From Nannocystales bacterium (GTDB lineage Bacteria > Myxococcota_A > Polyangia > Nannocystales > Nannocystaceae), in contig JBOEGF010000010.1 in NCBI GenBank assembly GCA_050633305.1, positions 64,001 through 128,000 of the forward strand: a stretch of 64,000 nt of DNA, read 5' to 3'. Both the position numbers and the translations under genes were made by a program. The notes under the pieces are model-generated. The model saw only the letters and a program-made list of their open reading frames with translations, ran no database searches and was not told the DNA's origin. Below are positions 37,514-47,729 of the stretch, piece by piece (the stretch's first letter is position 1; each line of letters starts with the position of its first letter).

Positions 37514-37588
37514 GCCGCCCACCCCGGCTGAGAAAAAAAACGGGGTCGATCGGTGACATCTCCACGAGCGGCCGGTGTTGGAGTAGGC

Positions 37589-38269
37589 ATGAACCGCCGC
37601 TTGCCTGTCCTTGCTTCGCTCCTCGGCTCTCTCGTGCTCCCCGGCTGCCTGGGCAACCCTGACCGCATCGAGACGTTCGACTATGTCGACGTGGTGGAGC
37701 GAGTGGAGATCAGCACTGGAAGTGGGGACATCGAGATTCATGTGGATCCCGGAGCGGTCGAGACCTCGGTCGAGGCTCGGGTCTACGGGGATGCGACCCG
37801 GACCATCGCCTCCTTGGAGGGTGGCGCACTTGTCTTGCGGCACCATTGCCCGAAACGCCTCCGTCAATGCGGCGTGGACTGGATTGTCACGATCCCCGAA
37901 GCCGAGGCGGGGCGGATCTACGACCTGTCATCGGGTTCGGGTGACATCGGTGTGGCGGACGGCGCCGGGGTCTTCGTGGCGCACACGGGATCAGGCGACA
38001 TCGCCTTGCACGACGTGTTCGCGACGGACGTTGAACTCGAGACGGGCAGCGGCGACATCGGTGCGCGACTCGAGGGCGCTCCGGCGTCCGTACTGGCGAA
38101 GACGGGTAGTGGTGACATCGGGTTCGCGCTGCCTTCAGGTGGCTATCAGATCGATATCGACACGGGCTCCGGTGATGTCTCGACGCGTGGGGTGTCCAAC
38201 GATTCCGCCGCGGAGGGAGTGCTGGAGCTGCGGACTGGCAGCGGAGACGTCTCGGTCCGAGGTCGCTGA
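37589..38269 (+). CDS. DUF4097 (adhesin-like beta-strand repeat) lipoprotein
   Basis: Lipobox LPGC; seven (T/S)GSGD(I/V) repeats. Confidence 0.85.
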   Translation: MNRRLPVLASLLGSLVLPGCLGNPDRIETFDYVDVVERVEISTGSGDIEIHVDPGAVETSVEARVYGDATRTIASLEGGALVLRHHCPKRLRQCGVDWIVTIPEAEAGRIYDLSSGSGDIGVADGAGVFVAHTGSGDIALHDVFATDVELETGSGDIGARLEGAPASVLAKTGSGDIGFALPSGGYQIDIDTGSGDVSTRGVSNDSAAEGVLELRTGSGDVSVRGR

Positions 38270-38317
38270 CGCTCGTCGGATTTGACCCCCATCGACGAAC
38301 TCGGTATCCCCGTGGGC

Positions 38318-39946
38318 ATGCGGTGGGGATGGACATGGGTTGGGTTGATGGGCCTCGTTGCGTGTGGCGGTGCGCAGGACACTGATCCGTTCGGCGGCGG
38401 GGACGGCACGAGCACGACCGCCGCGCCGGGGACAACTGCAACGGGCGAAGTGACATCGACGGGGAGCGGCTCGACATCGGCCGACGCCTCGACGGGCGAT
38501 GGGCCCAAGCTGGACCTCGCGATCCCCGACTTCAACCCGCCCGATCCTCCCATGCCCAGCTGCAACGTCGTCGATGACATGGATGCTGTCGGGTCCTGTG
38601 ACGACGAAGCCCCGCCCGATTCGTTCGAGCCCGACGTGCAGTGGACATGGGACGGGGGGACGTCGTCCGTGACACCGTTGGTCGCCAACCTCACCGACGA
38701 CAACGACGACGGTTCCATCGACCTCTGCGACATCCCCGATGTCATCGTGACGACCAACCGCATTCACGTACTGGACGGGGAGACGGGCCAGGAACACTTC
38801 GACATGGGCCCAGTCAGTGGCAGTGTCACTCCGGCGATCGGCGACCTCGATGGCGACGGGGAGCCTGAGATCGTCTCCGCCAACAACTTCTTGATCGGAG
38901 CACTCGCGTTCGTCGCGTTCGATACCGACGGCACGATGCTGTGGACGACCGATGCCATCTGGGAGAACGACCAGGGCGGAGCCGTGGGCATCGCGGACTT
39001 CGACAACGACGGGACTCCGGAGATCTACGCCGACGGCATCATCCTCTCCTCGACCGGGACCGTCTTGTTCCAGGCTCCGCCGCAGGTCGGGTGGTTCATC
39101 GCGCAACGGAACACCGCGACCGTGGCCGCCGATCTCGACGGAGACGACGATCTCGAACTCATCTTGGGGCAAGCCGCCTACCACCACGACGGAACGCTCT
39201 ACTACCGAGACGAGAGCATCCTCCCGGGCTATCCACAGATCGCCAACCTCGACGGCGACCCCGAACCCGAGATCATCATCAACAACGATGGTGGCATCAC
39301 GATTCTCGAACACGACGGCACCATCAAGAACCAGGACATGACACCCACCGGAGAACCCGCCGGGCTCGGCGCATGGTTTCGCCCCTCCACGGTTCACGAC
39401 TTTGATGGCGATGGAGTTTCGGAGTTCGCGGTCAGCTCCGCCGAGAGCTACAGCGTCTTCGAGCCCAACCTGGTCGTGAACTGGTCCGTGGGTGTCCAAG
39501 ATGGCAGCGGCTGGGCCGCAGGGACTGCCTTCGATTTTCTCGGAGACGGCGTCGCGGAGGCGATGTATGCCGACGAGGCGACGCTGTTCATCTACGGTGC
39601 GGATGGGGCGATCGAGCTCCAGGTTCCCCGGTCGTCCCGAACCCTCATCGAGTATCCGGTGGTCGCCGATGTCGACAACGACGGATCCGCGGAGATCGTC
39701 GTGGTGTCCGGGGACAACTGGGACGACAACCAGACCTCCCCCACGGTGCAGGTGATCCGCGACGTCGAGGACCGCTGGATTCAGGCCCGTCGGATCTGGA
39801 ATCAGCACACCTATCACGTCACCAACGTGCGCGAGGACGGCACCATTCCTGCGGTCGAGCCCAGGTCATGGCAGCTTCTCAACACCTACCGGACCAACGC
39901 CCAGATCGAGAACGGGTCGGTCTGCCAGCCTCCACCCGAGGGCTAG
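38318..39946 (+). CDS. FG-GAP/VCBS repeat lipoprotein
   Basis: Lipobox LVAC; DLDGDGEPEI repeats; TAFDFLGDG, EYPVVADVDNDGSAEIVV, RRIWNQHTYHVTNV. Confidence 0.85.
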   Translation: MRWGWTWVGLMGLVACGGAQDTDPFGGGDGTSTTAAPGTTATGEVTSTGSGSTSADASTGDGPKLDLAIPDFNPPDPPMPSCNVVDDMDAVGSCDDEAPPDSFEPDVQWTWDGGTSSVTPLVANLTDDNDDGSIDLCDIPDVIVTTNRIHVLDGETGQEHFDMGPVSGSVTPAIGDLDGDGEPEIVSANNFLIGALAFVAFDTDGTMLWTTDAIWENDQGGAVGIADFDNDGTPEIYADGIILSSTGTVLFQAPPQVGWFIAQRNTATVAADLDGDDDLELILGQAAYHHDGTLYYRDESILPGYPQIANLDGDPEPEIIINNDGGITILEHDGTIKNQDMTPTGEPAGLGAWFRPSTVHDFDGDGVSEFAVSSAESYSVFEPNLVVNWSVGVQDGSGWAAGTAFDFLGDGVAEAMYADEATLFIYGADGAIELQVPRSSRTLIEYPVVADVDNDGSAEIVVVSGDNWDDNQTSPTVQVIRDVEDRWIQARRIWNQHTYHVTNVREDGTIPAVEPRSWQLLNTYRTNAQIENGSVCQPPPEG

Positions 39947-40023
39947 CCGGCTCTTGGAGCCAGGGGATCGGTAAAGAAGGTCCACGCCCGGGAGCGACGA
40001 GGGGCAGCCACCGCTGTCGAGAG

Positions 40024-41364
40024 CTACAGCCGGAAGTACGACCGCGTTCGGGCTACGCCGACAACTCCGCGGGCCCGTGGCTGCATCGAGTATTCGGCGC
40101 CGGGGATCTCTTCGGGTCCACCGGGGCGAACGGTCTCGATGCGGAAGTCGATCGCGGGCGAGGGCTCGAGGCCGCGGAGGTACGCGAGAGAGTATTCGCG
40201 CGCTTCGTCTTCGTTGGCCGCGAGGACGGTGAGTCCTGTGGTGAAGCCCTGTGCGTCGCTGGGCCAGTACTCGGGAGCCTCGCCGCTCTCGGCTCGGGCC
40301 TGAACGGTGAACGTTTCGACCTGAGGTGCGCGGCCGTGGTCGGCCTCGTTGAGCGCGTTGAGCATGTGCGCGGTGATCCAATCCCGCTGCCCAGCCATGC
40401 GCGCGACCTCGCGGGCCTCACCGAGGCGGTCGTTCTGCCACAAGGCCTCAAAAACCTCCTCGCAGACAAGCCCGGCGTAGTTGGGGCTGAGACCCTCACC
40501 GTCGAGTCTATGGAGCATGTCGAGGGCTCCGTAGAGGTTCGCGAGCGACTCGTCGAAATCGGCGCCTTCGGCCGGGTTGAGCGCACGGACCAGCTGCCAC
40601 GAGCCGAGGACGGCAAGCGTCAGGGGACTCTGGGGGTCGACGTCGCGGGCACACTGCATGGACGCAAGCGCCTCCTCATGCCGACCCATCCGGTACTGAG
40701 TGATCGCGAGGTTGTACCAAGCTCCCGCGTGCTCGCCGTCGAGGGTGAGCGCGAGCTCAAATCGGTCGATGGCTTCGTCGTAGCTGTCGAGGTCGCTCAG
40801 GCAGATGCCGTGCTCGACGAGCAGGTCGACGTTGATCGGGTCGCCGTCGAGGTACGAGTCGTAGACGCCCGCGGCTTCTTCGAGCCGGCCGGTCCGACGA
40901 AGCAGTGCTCCGAGAGCCGCGCTGGCTTCGAAGAGCGTGTTGCCCTCGGTCTCGATTGCGGTGGCCTCGCGGTAGCAGGTCTCCGCTCCGTCCTCGTCGC
41001 CGAGTCGTTCGAGCACCGCACCGAGGTTGTAGAACTGAAGAGCTCCGCCCGGGGCAGACTCGATCGCAGCTTGGAACGCATCGCGTGCCTTCTCGAGCTG
41101 TCCCAAGAGGTCATAGACGTTCCCGACTGCAATCTGGACGTCGGGTTCGCGAGGGAACTCGTCGGCTGCTCGCTCGGCGAGGGTACAGGCGTGGTCGAGT
41201 TCACCGACATCACACAGGGCTCTGACCCACATGCAATAGAGCGGAACGAGGTCGTCGACGCACAGCTCCGGCTCCCACGAGCTGCGGAGCATTCGAACTG
41301 CGGATCGAGCGGCGCCCTCGTCGAGGAGCGTCGCGGCAGCGTCGAGCTGGGCACGGAGCTTCAT
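40024..41364 (-). CDS. Tetratricopeptide repeat protein
   Basis: Repeated YNLG/A.....G..EEA helices. Confidence 0.85.
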   Translation of the reverse strand: MKLRAQLDAAATLLDEGAARSAVRMLRSSWEPELCVDDLVPLYCMWVRALCDVGELDHACTLAERAADEFPREPDVQIAVGNVYDLLGQLEKARDAFQAAIESAPGGALQFYNLGAVLERLGDEDGAETCYREATAIETEGNTLFEASAALGALLRRTGRLEEAAGVYDSYLDGDPINVDLLVEHGICLSDLDSYDEAIDRFELALTLDGEHAGAWYNLAITQYRMGRHEEALASMQCARDVDPQSPLTLAVLGSWQLVRALNPAEGADFDESLANLYGALDMLHRLDGEGLSPNYAGLVCEEVFEALWQNDRLGEAREVARMAGQRDWITAHMLNALNEADHGRAPQVETFTVQARAESGEAPEYWPSDAQGFTTGLTVLAANEDEAREYSLAYLRGLEPSPAIDFRIETVRPGGPEEIPGAEYSMQPRARGVVGVARTRSYFRL

Positions 41365-41764
41365 CGTCGATCTGCTTCGATTTGTTGCACGATAGCCGCC
41401 CGCAATCAAACCCCGTTTTCGCGCGGAAGACAGGTCTTCTCGCTTTCGCGCCGGCAACGTGAGGAGGATGACGTCGACGGTCGTTCGAACCGTCGTGTCA
41501 CGGAACCTTCCCGAGCGGCATTCGCTTCGACGCTCGACGTGCGGTCTCGCAGACCGTTGAAAACCGGACGAGCCACCGCTGGTTTTTTTGCTCCTCGGCC
41601 AGACGCGGACACGTGGCTATCCCTCCCCTCGAGCTTCCGGGCGGCTTGTTTGCGCTTGTTCTGGGCGCCTCACGCGCTGGGATGGAGCCATTTGTGCGCC
41701 CGCCAAAACGTGGGCTCGTTGAGCTTGACCGGCTCTGGGCATCCGTCTCAGCATGCTCGACACG

Positions 41765-43471
41765 ATGGCGGTCGAACGGGCGTGGTGGATGGTGGCGCGA
41801 TGCCGCGCGGCTGGACTTGTGTTGATGGCTCTCGCGGCTTGTGATGGCGGCGGCGAAGCGGCCGACTCTGGGAGCGGCGGCAGTTCGACCGCCGGTCTCG
41901 ATGCGTCGACCGGCGCTCCCGTTGTGACCAGTAGCTCCGAGGGGACTGCAGCTCCCACCGCTGGGACATCGGCCTCCGAGGGGTCCACATCCGAACCCGG
42001 GGCGTCGTCTTCGGGCTCCTCGACCGGAGGAGTTGGTTCTGCATACCCAGACCCGGGGGACTGGCCGCCGCAGAGCGGGCCCGGTGGACCCTCGGTCGTT
42101 TTCGAACCCGGCGACTTGTTCCAGAACTGTGCGTTTTTGGACGGCGGACCGGCGGACGCAGACCACCACAACCTAGTCGTGATGTTTGATGGGTATCTGA
42201 TGATGCCCTGGGCTCCCGAGTGGGGGGCGGGCGGGATCACGTTCTTCGACGTCAGTGATCCGTGCAACCCGGCGACCGTTGGAAGCACCACTTCGGGCGA
42301 CATGCGGGAGACTCACGCGATCGGTTTCTCCGAGGTCGGGGGGCGCTGGTACGTCGCAACCGCGCACGTCGAGGAGGGACTGCTGAACACCGGAGGCGGT
42401 GTGATGTTCTGGGATGTGACCAATCCCGCGCAGCCGCTCGTGCTGAGCACCCTCGAGCTGCCCGGCCACCTCTACCCCGACGCGTACGCGAGGGTGGTCC
42501 AGAGCTCGTTCTGGCAGGGCGACTACCTCTACGTCGGAGGTTCGGACAACGGTTTGTACATCGTCGACGCGAGCGATCCGATCAACCCCAGCTTGGCCGC
42601 CCAAGAAGCGTTCGAGCCGACGCTGCGGGTGGGTCAGGTTCAAGTCGTGGGCAACCTCCTCGTCGCGACGGCTGCCGAGGGCCCACGAACCGTCCTTCTA
42701 GATGTCAGCATCCCGAGCGAGCCTCAGCCGATCGCGGGCGGAGACTTCGTGCTCGAAGACAGCGAGGGGGTCGCCCGCGAGGCGTACTTCGCCAACGTGG
42801 GGGATGGCAAGGTTTGGTACGCCGTCAAGAGCGGTGGCGGTGGCTTGCTTGCCTATGACGTCCGCAACCCCGCCAGCCCAACGTACGCAGGCCACTTCGA
42901 CTCGGGTGGCAACGGTGGCTACGTCTTCATCAAGGACGACGTTGCGGTCATGGGCGAGTCGAACTTCGCAGGCCTCTACGACATCTCCGATTTGGACAAC
43001 ATGGAGCTGCTCACGCAGCTCAACCTCGAAGGGGACCTCGACACCGCGACCCCGATCGGCAATGTGATCGTACTCAGCGTGGACGACGAGGCCAACCCCG
43101 GCGAGGCCAGTTCGATTGCGCCATACCTCGCACAGCCCGATGCCGATGCCCCGTACGTCAACTGGTCGGTCCCGGCCGACGGCGCAGAAGGGCTCGCACC
43201 CACAAGCCGCATCGGGGTGACCTTCAACGAGATGGTCGCACCCAAGTCGGCGTGGGAAGGCTCGGTGCGGCTGTACGAGACCGACAACCCCGAGGTCCAC
43301 GTGTCCGGCACGGTCAACGTGCAAGAGGCGGTCGTGAACTTCACCCCCGATGGGGTTCTCACCCCCGGGACGCAGTACACCTTCGAGATCCCCGCCGGCG
43401 GTATCGTCGACTACAACGGCAACGCCGTCGCCGAATCGTTCTCGATGTCCTTCACGGTTGCAGGGGGCTGA
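41765..43471 (+). CDS. Lipoprotein with LVIVD-type propeller and C-terminal Ig-like (Big_5) domain
   Basis: Lipobox LAAC; FFDVSDP, FWDVTNP, IVDASDP, LLDVSIP, AYDVRNP repeats; P.DGA......IGVTFNE...LTPGTQY...GIVDYNGN. Confidence 0.8.
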   Translation: MAVERAWWMVARCRAAGLVLMALAACDGGGEAADSGSGGSSTAGLDASTGAPVVTSSSEGTAAPTAGTSASEGSTSEPGASSSGSSTGGVGSAYPDPGDWPPQSGPGGPSVVFEPGDLFQNCAFLDGGPADADHHNLVVMFDGYLMMPWAPEWGAGGITFFDVSDPCNPATVGSTTSGDMRETHAIGFSEVGGRWYVATAHVEEGLLNTGGGVMFWDVTNPAQPLVLSTLELPGHLYPDAYARVVQSSFWQGDYLYVGGSDNGLYIVDASDPINPSLAAQEAFEPTLRVGQVQVVGNLLVATAAEGPRTVLLDVSIPSEPQPIAGGDFVLEDSEGVAREAYFANVGDGKVWYAVKSGGGGLLAYDVRNPASPTYAGHFDSGGNGGYVFIKDDVAVMGESNFAGLYDISDLDNMELLTQLNLEGDLDTATPIGNVIVLSVDDEANPGEASSIAPYLAQPDADAPYVNWSVPADGAEGLAPTSRIGVTFNEMVAPKSAWEGSVRLYETDNPEVHVSGTVNVQEAVVNFTPDGVLTPGTQYTFEIPAGGIVDYNGNAVAESFSMSFTVAGG

Positions 43472-43474
43472 TTC

Positions 43475-45787
43475 ATGCGGCGCTCGACCATTGCGGCGCT
43501 GCTTCTTCTTGGAGGGTGCGGAGACGACAGTGTCTCCGCGGGGACGGAAGAAGGCGGGTCCACAAGCGAAGCCTCAACCACCACCGGCACGTCGGGGTCC
43601 TCCAGCGGTTCGTCCGCAGGCCCACCGTCCTCGAGCGGGTCGACGACGACCGGAGCCGTGGACAGCAGCTCCACCGGGGAGCCACAACCATTGGTCTCCA
43701 TTCCAGGCGAGGATCGGTATGCGCTCGTCGGCGATACGGTCCTGCTCGACGGCGTGGCGTCGACCGGGGCCGTGCTCTATCAGTGGACGCTGGACGATGG
43801 GTCGAGGCCGGACGAACCGAGCGAGGATCCTACCTTGGAGATCAGCTGGGACGAGCCTGGTCGGTACCGCCCTGTTTTGACCGTGTTCGATGCGGAGGGA
43901 AACAGTCGCTCCGAGGACGTCACGATCACCGTCACCTTCGAGCCCTCCCACGCGCCTGAGCAGAGCAGCACGATCGATATCGATGACGGCGACCGAGGTG
44001 TGGTTGTCAGTCCCGACAGCGACGAGCTGATCACCGTCGAACGCAGCGGCGACAGCTTCGCGTTGGGCGTTCGCACAACGACGTGCGCCGGGCCGCGGAC
44101 CGTCGCGTGGTGGGGCGAGCAGGCGGTTGTCAGTTGTCCTCGAGTTGATCGTGTCGCGGTGCATGCGCTGGACTCCGGAACCTTCTCGAGCGTCGATCTC
44201 CCGTGGGGGAGCCGTCCGTTCGGCGTGGTCGTTGTGGGGGATACCGCCTTCGTATCCCTCCAAGGGTCGGGAGCGGTCGCCCGCATCTCCCTGGACGGGA
44301 CGCCGACGCTTCTCGAAGTCCTTCCCGCGATCGAAGATGCGCGAGGGATCGCTGTGCTCCCCGACGGTCGCCTCGGCGTGACACGGTGGCGGTCTCCGGA
44401 CACCGAAGCGCGAATGGTCGTGTTGGATCCTGTCAGCGGTGAGCGGGATGACGTGGCGCTGCAGTTCGATCCGCAGGTCGCGTCGGACACCGAAGCCGGT
44501 GGCGTTCCAAGCTACCTCGCGCAACTCCTGATCTCGCCCATCGGTGACTTTGCCGCTGTCCCGTCGCTCCAGGCGAACATCAACCACGGTGACTTCGTCA
44601 ACGGAGAGCCGTTCTCGTTTGAGACGACGTTGCGCGGCGTTGTCTCGTACTTCGACGTTGCGGGCGACCTCTCCGAGGACTTTACTCGGCGGCGCCACTT
44701 CGACAACCGCGGCTTGCTGAGCGCCGGTGTGTTCTCCAGCCGTGGCGACTTCCTGTTTCTCGCTTCACGGGGATCACGGGCCGTCGAACGCGTCGATACG
44801 TTCACGGGAGCTCAAGCTGGTGCGATTCTCGAGGTCGGCTTCGCTCCGGAGGGCTTGGCGCTCACTGGTGACGATCGCTACCTCTACGTCGAGGCCTTCA
44901 TGAGCCGCGAAGTCGTGGTCTACGACGTGACGAGTTTTGCGCAGATCCCCGAACCCATCGCCACGATTCCGATCACCGATGGCGAGCCGCTCGACGCCGA
45001 GGTTGCGCTGGGCAAGATCCTCTTCAACGACTCGTTCGACGTCCGACTGTCCAGGGACGGATACTTGGCCTGCGCCCACTGCCACCTCGATGGCGAGTCG
45101 GACCGCCGGACCTGGGACTTCACGGATCGCGGGGAGGGGCTGCGCAACACCATCTCCCTGCTCGGGCATGGGGGCGACGCCCATGGTCCCATGCACTGGT
45201 CCGCGAACTTCGACGAGGTTCACGACTTCGAAAACGACATCCGGGGACCGCAATCCGGGATGGGGCTGATGTCCGATGCCGACTTCGAGTCGGGCACGCG
45301 CAGCCACCCTCTCGGGGACCCGAAAGCGGGCGTATCCGCGTCTTTGGATGCGCTCGCCGCCTACGTCACAACGTTGGATACGTTCCCTCGAAGTCCGTAC
45401 CGCAACGCTGACGGTTCACTCTCCCCCGACGCTGAGGCCGGCAGGTTGATCTTCGAGTCTGCACCCGCGGGCTGCACGAGTTGCCACGCCGGCCCTCGGC
45501 TGACCGACAGCGTCTTCATCGGACCCGGAGTGCCGCTGCTGCATAACGTTGGCACGATCACCGAGGCCTCGGGGCAGCGCCTCGGTGGGCCGTTGACGGG
45601 TATCGACACGCCGACCCTGCACGGCCTTTGGAACAACGGGCCGTTCCTGCATGATGGCTCGGCCGGGACCGTGCTGGAGGTGATCGGCTCTGCTGGGGAT
45701 ACGCATGGCTCGACTGCGGGGCTCTCGGAGATCGAACGGGGGCAGCTTGCGGTGTATTTGTTGAGCCTCGACGGGTCGGCGGGCTGA
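43475..45787 (+). CDS. Lipoprotein: PKD domain, YVTN-like propeller and dihaem cytochrome c peroxidase/MauG-like domain
   Basis: Lipobox LGGC; YQWTLDDG..PGRY..VLTV; CAHCH, RNTISL, HWSANFDE, CTSCH, DTPTL.GLW..GPFLHDGS. Confidence 0.85.
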   Translation: MRRSTIAALLLLGGCGDDSVSAGTEEGGSTSEASTTTGTSGSSSGSSAGPPSSSGSTTTGAVDSSSTGEPQPLVSIPGEDRYALVGDTVLLDGVASTGAVLYQWTLDDGSRPDEPSEDPTLEISWDEPGRYRPVLTVFDAEGNSRSEDVTITVTFEPSHAPEQSSTIDIDDGDRGVVVSPDSDELITVERSGDSFALGVRTTTCAGPRTVAWWGEQAVVSCPRVDRVAVHALDSGTFSSVDLPWGSRPFGVVVVGDTAFVSLQGSGAVARISLDGTPTLLEVLPAIEDARGIAVLPDGRLGVTRWRSPDTEARMVVLDPVSGERDDVALQFDPQVASDTEAGGVPSYLAQLLISPIGDFAAVPSLQANINHGDFVNGEPFSFETTLRGVVSYFDVAGDLSEDFTRRRHFDNRGLLSAGVFSSRGDFLFLASRGSRAVERVDTFTGAQAGAILEVGFAPEGLALTGDDRYLYVEAFMSREVVVYDVTSFAQIPEPIATIPITDGEPLDAEVALGKILFNDSFDVRLSRDGYLACAHCHLDGESDRRTWDFTDRGEGLRNTISLLGHGGDAHGPMHWSANFDEVHDFENDIRGPQSGMGLMSDADFESGTRSHPLGDPKAGVSASLDALAAYVTTLDTFPRSPYRNADGSLSPDAEAGRLIFESAPAGCTSCHAGPRLTDSVFIGPGVPLLHNVGTITEASGQRLGGPLTGIDTPTLHGLWNNGPFLHDGSAGTVLEVIGSAGDTHGSTAGLSEIERGQLAVYLLSLDGSAG

Positions 45788-46060
45788 AGCGCACTGTTGC
45801 GCCACCCTGGGCACGGCTCCTGTCCGCGAGACGTTCGGTCGGTTCTCCGTCCGTCGAAGCGTCGGGGCCGTGGCCCTCAGATACCGAGGACGACGTGCGC
45901 AGGGACCAGATCGAGCGGAACGCGCTCACTGGGTTCGAACGCCCACCTCGTCGATCTGTGACCCGAGTTCGGCTCACTGGCACACAACTCTCGGACTGGG
46001 ACTTCGCACCTCTCTGGGACTCCCTTGCGGGTTTCCCCGCGGATCGGATACCGTAGAAAC

Positions 46061-47452
46061 ATGCGGATGGGATCGACGCTTCGGCGTCAAGTATGGATCG
46101 GCGCGCTTGCACTCGGCGGCTGCGGCGCCGCCGAAGCACCGGAAGACTCCAACGGAGACGGCAGCGGTCTGACGGGACTCTCGTCGACCGCGACCGACGG
46201 TGGCTCCGGCGGCGAATCCGAAACCGCCGGTCAGAGTGAAAGCGACAGTCAGTCCGCCGGTTCGCAGGGGACCGGTCCGGCGGGTACTTCCGGCAACACG
46301 TCCGGAAGCAGCGACACCGACGACGACGATGGGCCGAAGTTCGACCTACCCAACCCCGACGGTGGGAGTGCTTGCGGGGGGTCGAAGGGCGGCGGTGGTG
46401 GTGGTGGTGGTGGCGGGTCCGGCACGTTCTCGTACATCTGGATCGCGAACAGTGGTCAAGGTGCCGTGTCCAAGATCAACACGCAGACGATGGTGGAGGA
46501 GGGGCGCTACCTGACGCGCTCCGATGGCGCAGGCTCGCCCTCGCGGACGTCGGTCAACCTCAACGGCAACATGGCCGTCGCGAACCGGAACGGTGGCATC
46601 ACGGCCTACTGGGCCAACCCCGAGGACTGCGACCCAATGACCAACGGCGTGGCAGGTCTGCAGACATCAGCCAACGGCGGCGACATCTTGCCGTGGGGCC
46701 AGGATGACTGTCTGCGGTGGTCCACGCCGATCAACGCGACCTCCAACCGCCCTGCCGCGTGGGCGCCAGGTGTGTGGAGCGAGAGCGAGTGTCGCTACGT
46801 GGACAACAAATTCTGGACGGCGGCACGCGGCGGGGACGAGGCGGGTACACGCGTGATGCTGTTGGACGGTGAGACCGGGGTGGTCGAGGAGACGATCCAG
46901 ATCCCCGAGTTCACGAGCATCACGTATGGCGGCGCGGTCGATGGTGACGGCAACTTCTGGGGGCACCAAAGCGGCGGCAGTCAGCTGTTTTTCGTCGATC
47001 GAGAGACGATGCAGTACCAGATCTACGCGGGGCCCGGCGACAGCTACGGCATCGCGGTGGATGACAACGGGTTCCCGTGGACGTGCTACCTGGGCGTGCA
47101 CCGGCTCGATCCCGCCACGGGGATTTGGGACCACAACACGACCCTCAACAGCTCGTACGGCGGCTGCATGAGCGACGGCAACGGGACGATGTGGCTGTCA
47201 CACGACCCTCTGTTGGGCATCGACATCAACACGATGCAGCTCGCGCAGAGCATCGACATTCCGCAGGACATTCACGGGGTGAGCATCGACTTCGATGGCT
47301 TCGTGTGGGGCGTGCCAATCAACGGAAGCGTCGCCTACCGCATCGACCCGGTCACGCAGACGATCGACACGTTCGAGGGGCTCGTCACCGCGTACACGTA
47401 CAGCGACATGACGGGCTTCGCCCTGGCCAACGCGGGTTCGCCCAGCAAGTAA
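46061..47452 (+). CDS. Lipoprotein with Vgb-lyase-like beta-propeller
   Basis: Lipobox LGGC; YIWIANS.QG.VSKINT...GRY, SPSRTSV, YGIAVD, YTYSDMTG. Confidence 0.75.
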   Translation: MRMGSTLRRQVWIGALALGGCGAAEAPEDSNGDGSGLTGLSSTATDGGSGGESETAGQSESDSQSAGSQGTGPAGTSGNTSGSSDTDDDDGPKFDLPNPDGGSACGGSKGGGGGGGGGGSGTFSYIWIANSGQGAVSKINTQTMVEEGRYLTRSDGAGSPSRTSVNLNGNMAVANRNGGITAYWANPEDCDPMTNGVAGLQTSANGGDILPWGQDDCLRWSTPINATSNRPAAWAPGVWSESECRYVDNKFWTAARGGDEAGTRVMLLDGETGVVEETIQIPEFTSITYGGAVDGDGNFWGHQSGGSQLFFVDRETMQYQIYAGPGDSYGIAVDDNGFPWTCYLGVHRLDPATGIWDHNTTLNSSYGGCMSDGNGTMWLSHDPLLGIDINTMQLAQSIDIPQDIHGVSIDFDGFVWGVPINGSVAYRIDPVTQTIDTFEGLVTAYTYSDMTGFALANAGSPSK

Positions 47453-47729
47453 GCCAGAGTCGAGGCTCGGCTTTCGAGAGAGGCCGGACCGGAGCGTCGC
47501 GCGTCGCATGTCCGCGTGACCTACCGGTTCGGCTTTTTCGTGGAACCCGCACCTTCGCGTTTGGGCTCGTCGTCGTGAAGGCGAGTTCTACGGTCGGGAC
47601 TCTCGAATGTTCCGGGTCTTGCGAGTCGGGCCGCGCGCGCGGGTCGAGCGCGTGATTGCACCATCGTCTGGGGCTTTTCTGCCAAAAACTCGGAAGCAGG
47701 GCACATCGTGGTGTCCCATACTGCACACC

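Noticed and set aside
39868..41844. Long antisense or alternate-frame ORFs (e.g. 39868-41844 +, 38135-39817 -, 19861-21201 -, 62537-63829 -, 27595-29340 -)
   Set aside because: Shadow ORFs typical of high-GC DNA; they overlap well-supported genes and have no recognisable motifs
46388..46417. (GGT/GGC)n trinucleotide run as a phase-variation tract
   Set aside because: In-frame poly-Gly linker; length changes would not shift the frame
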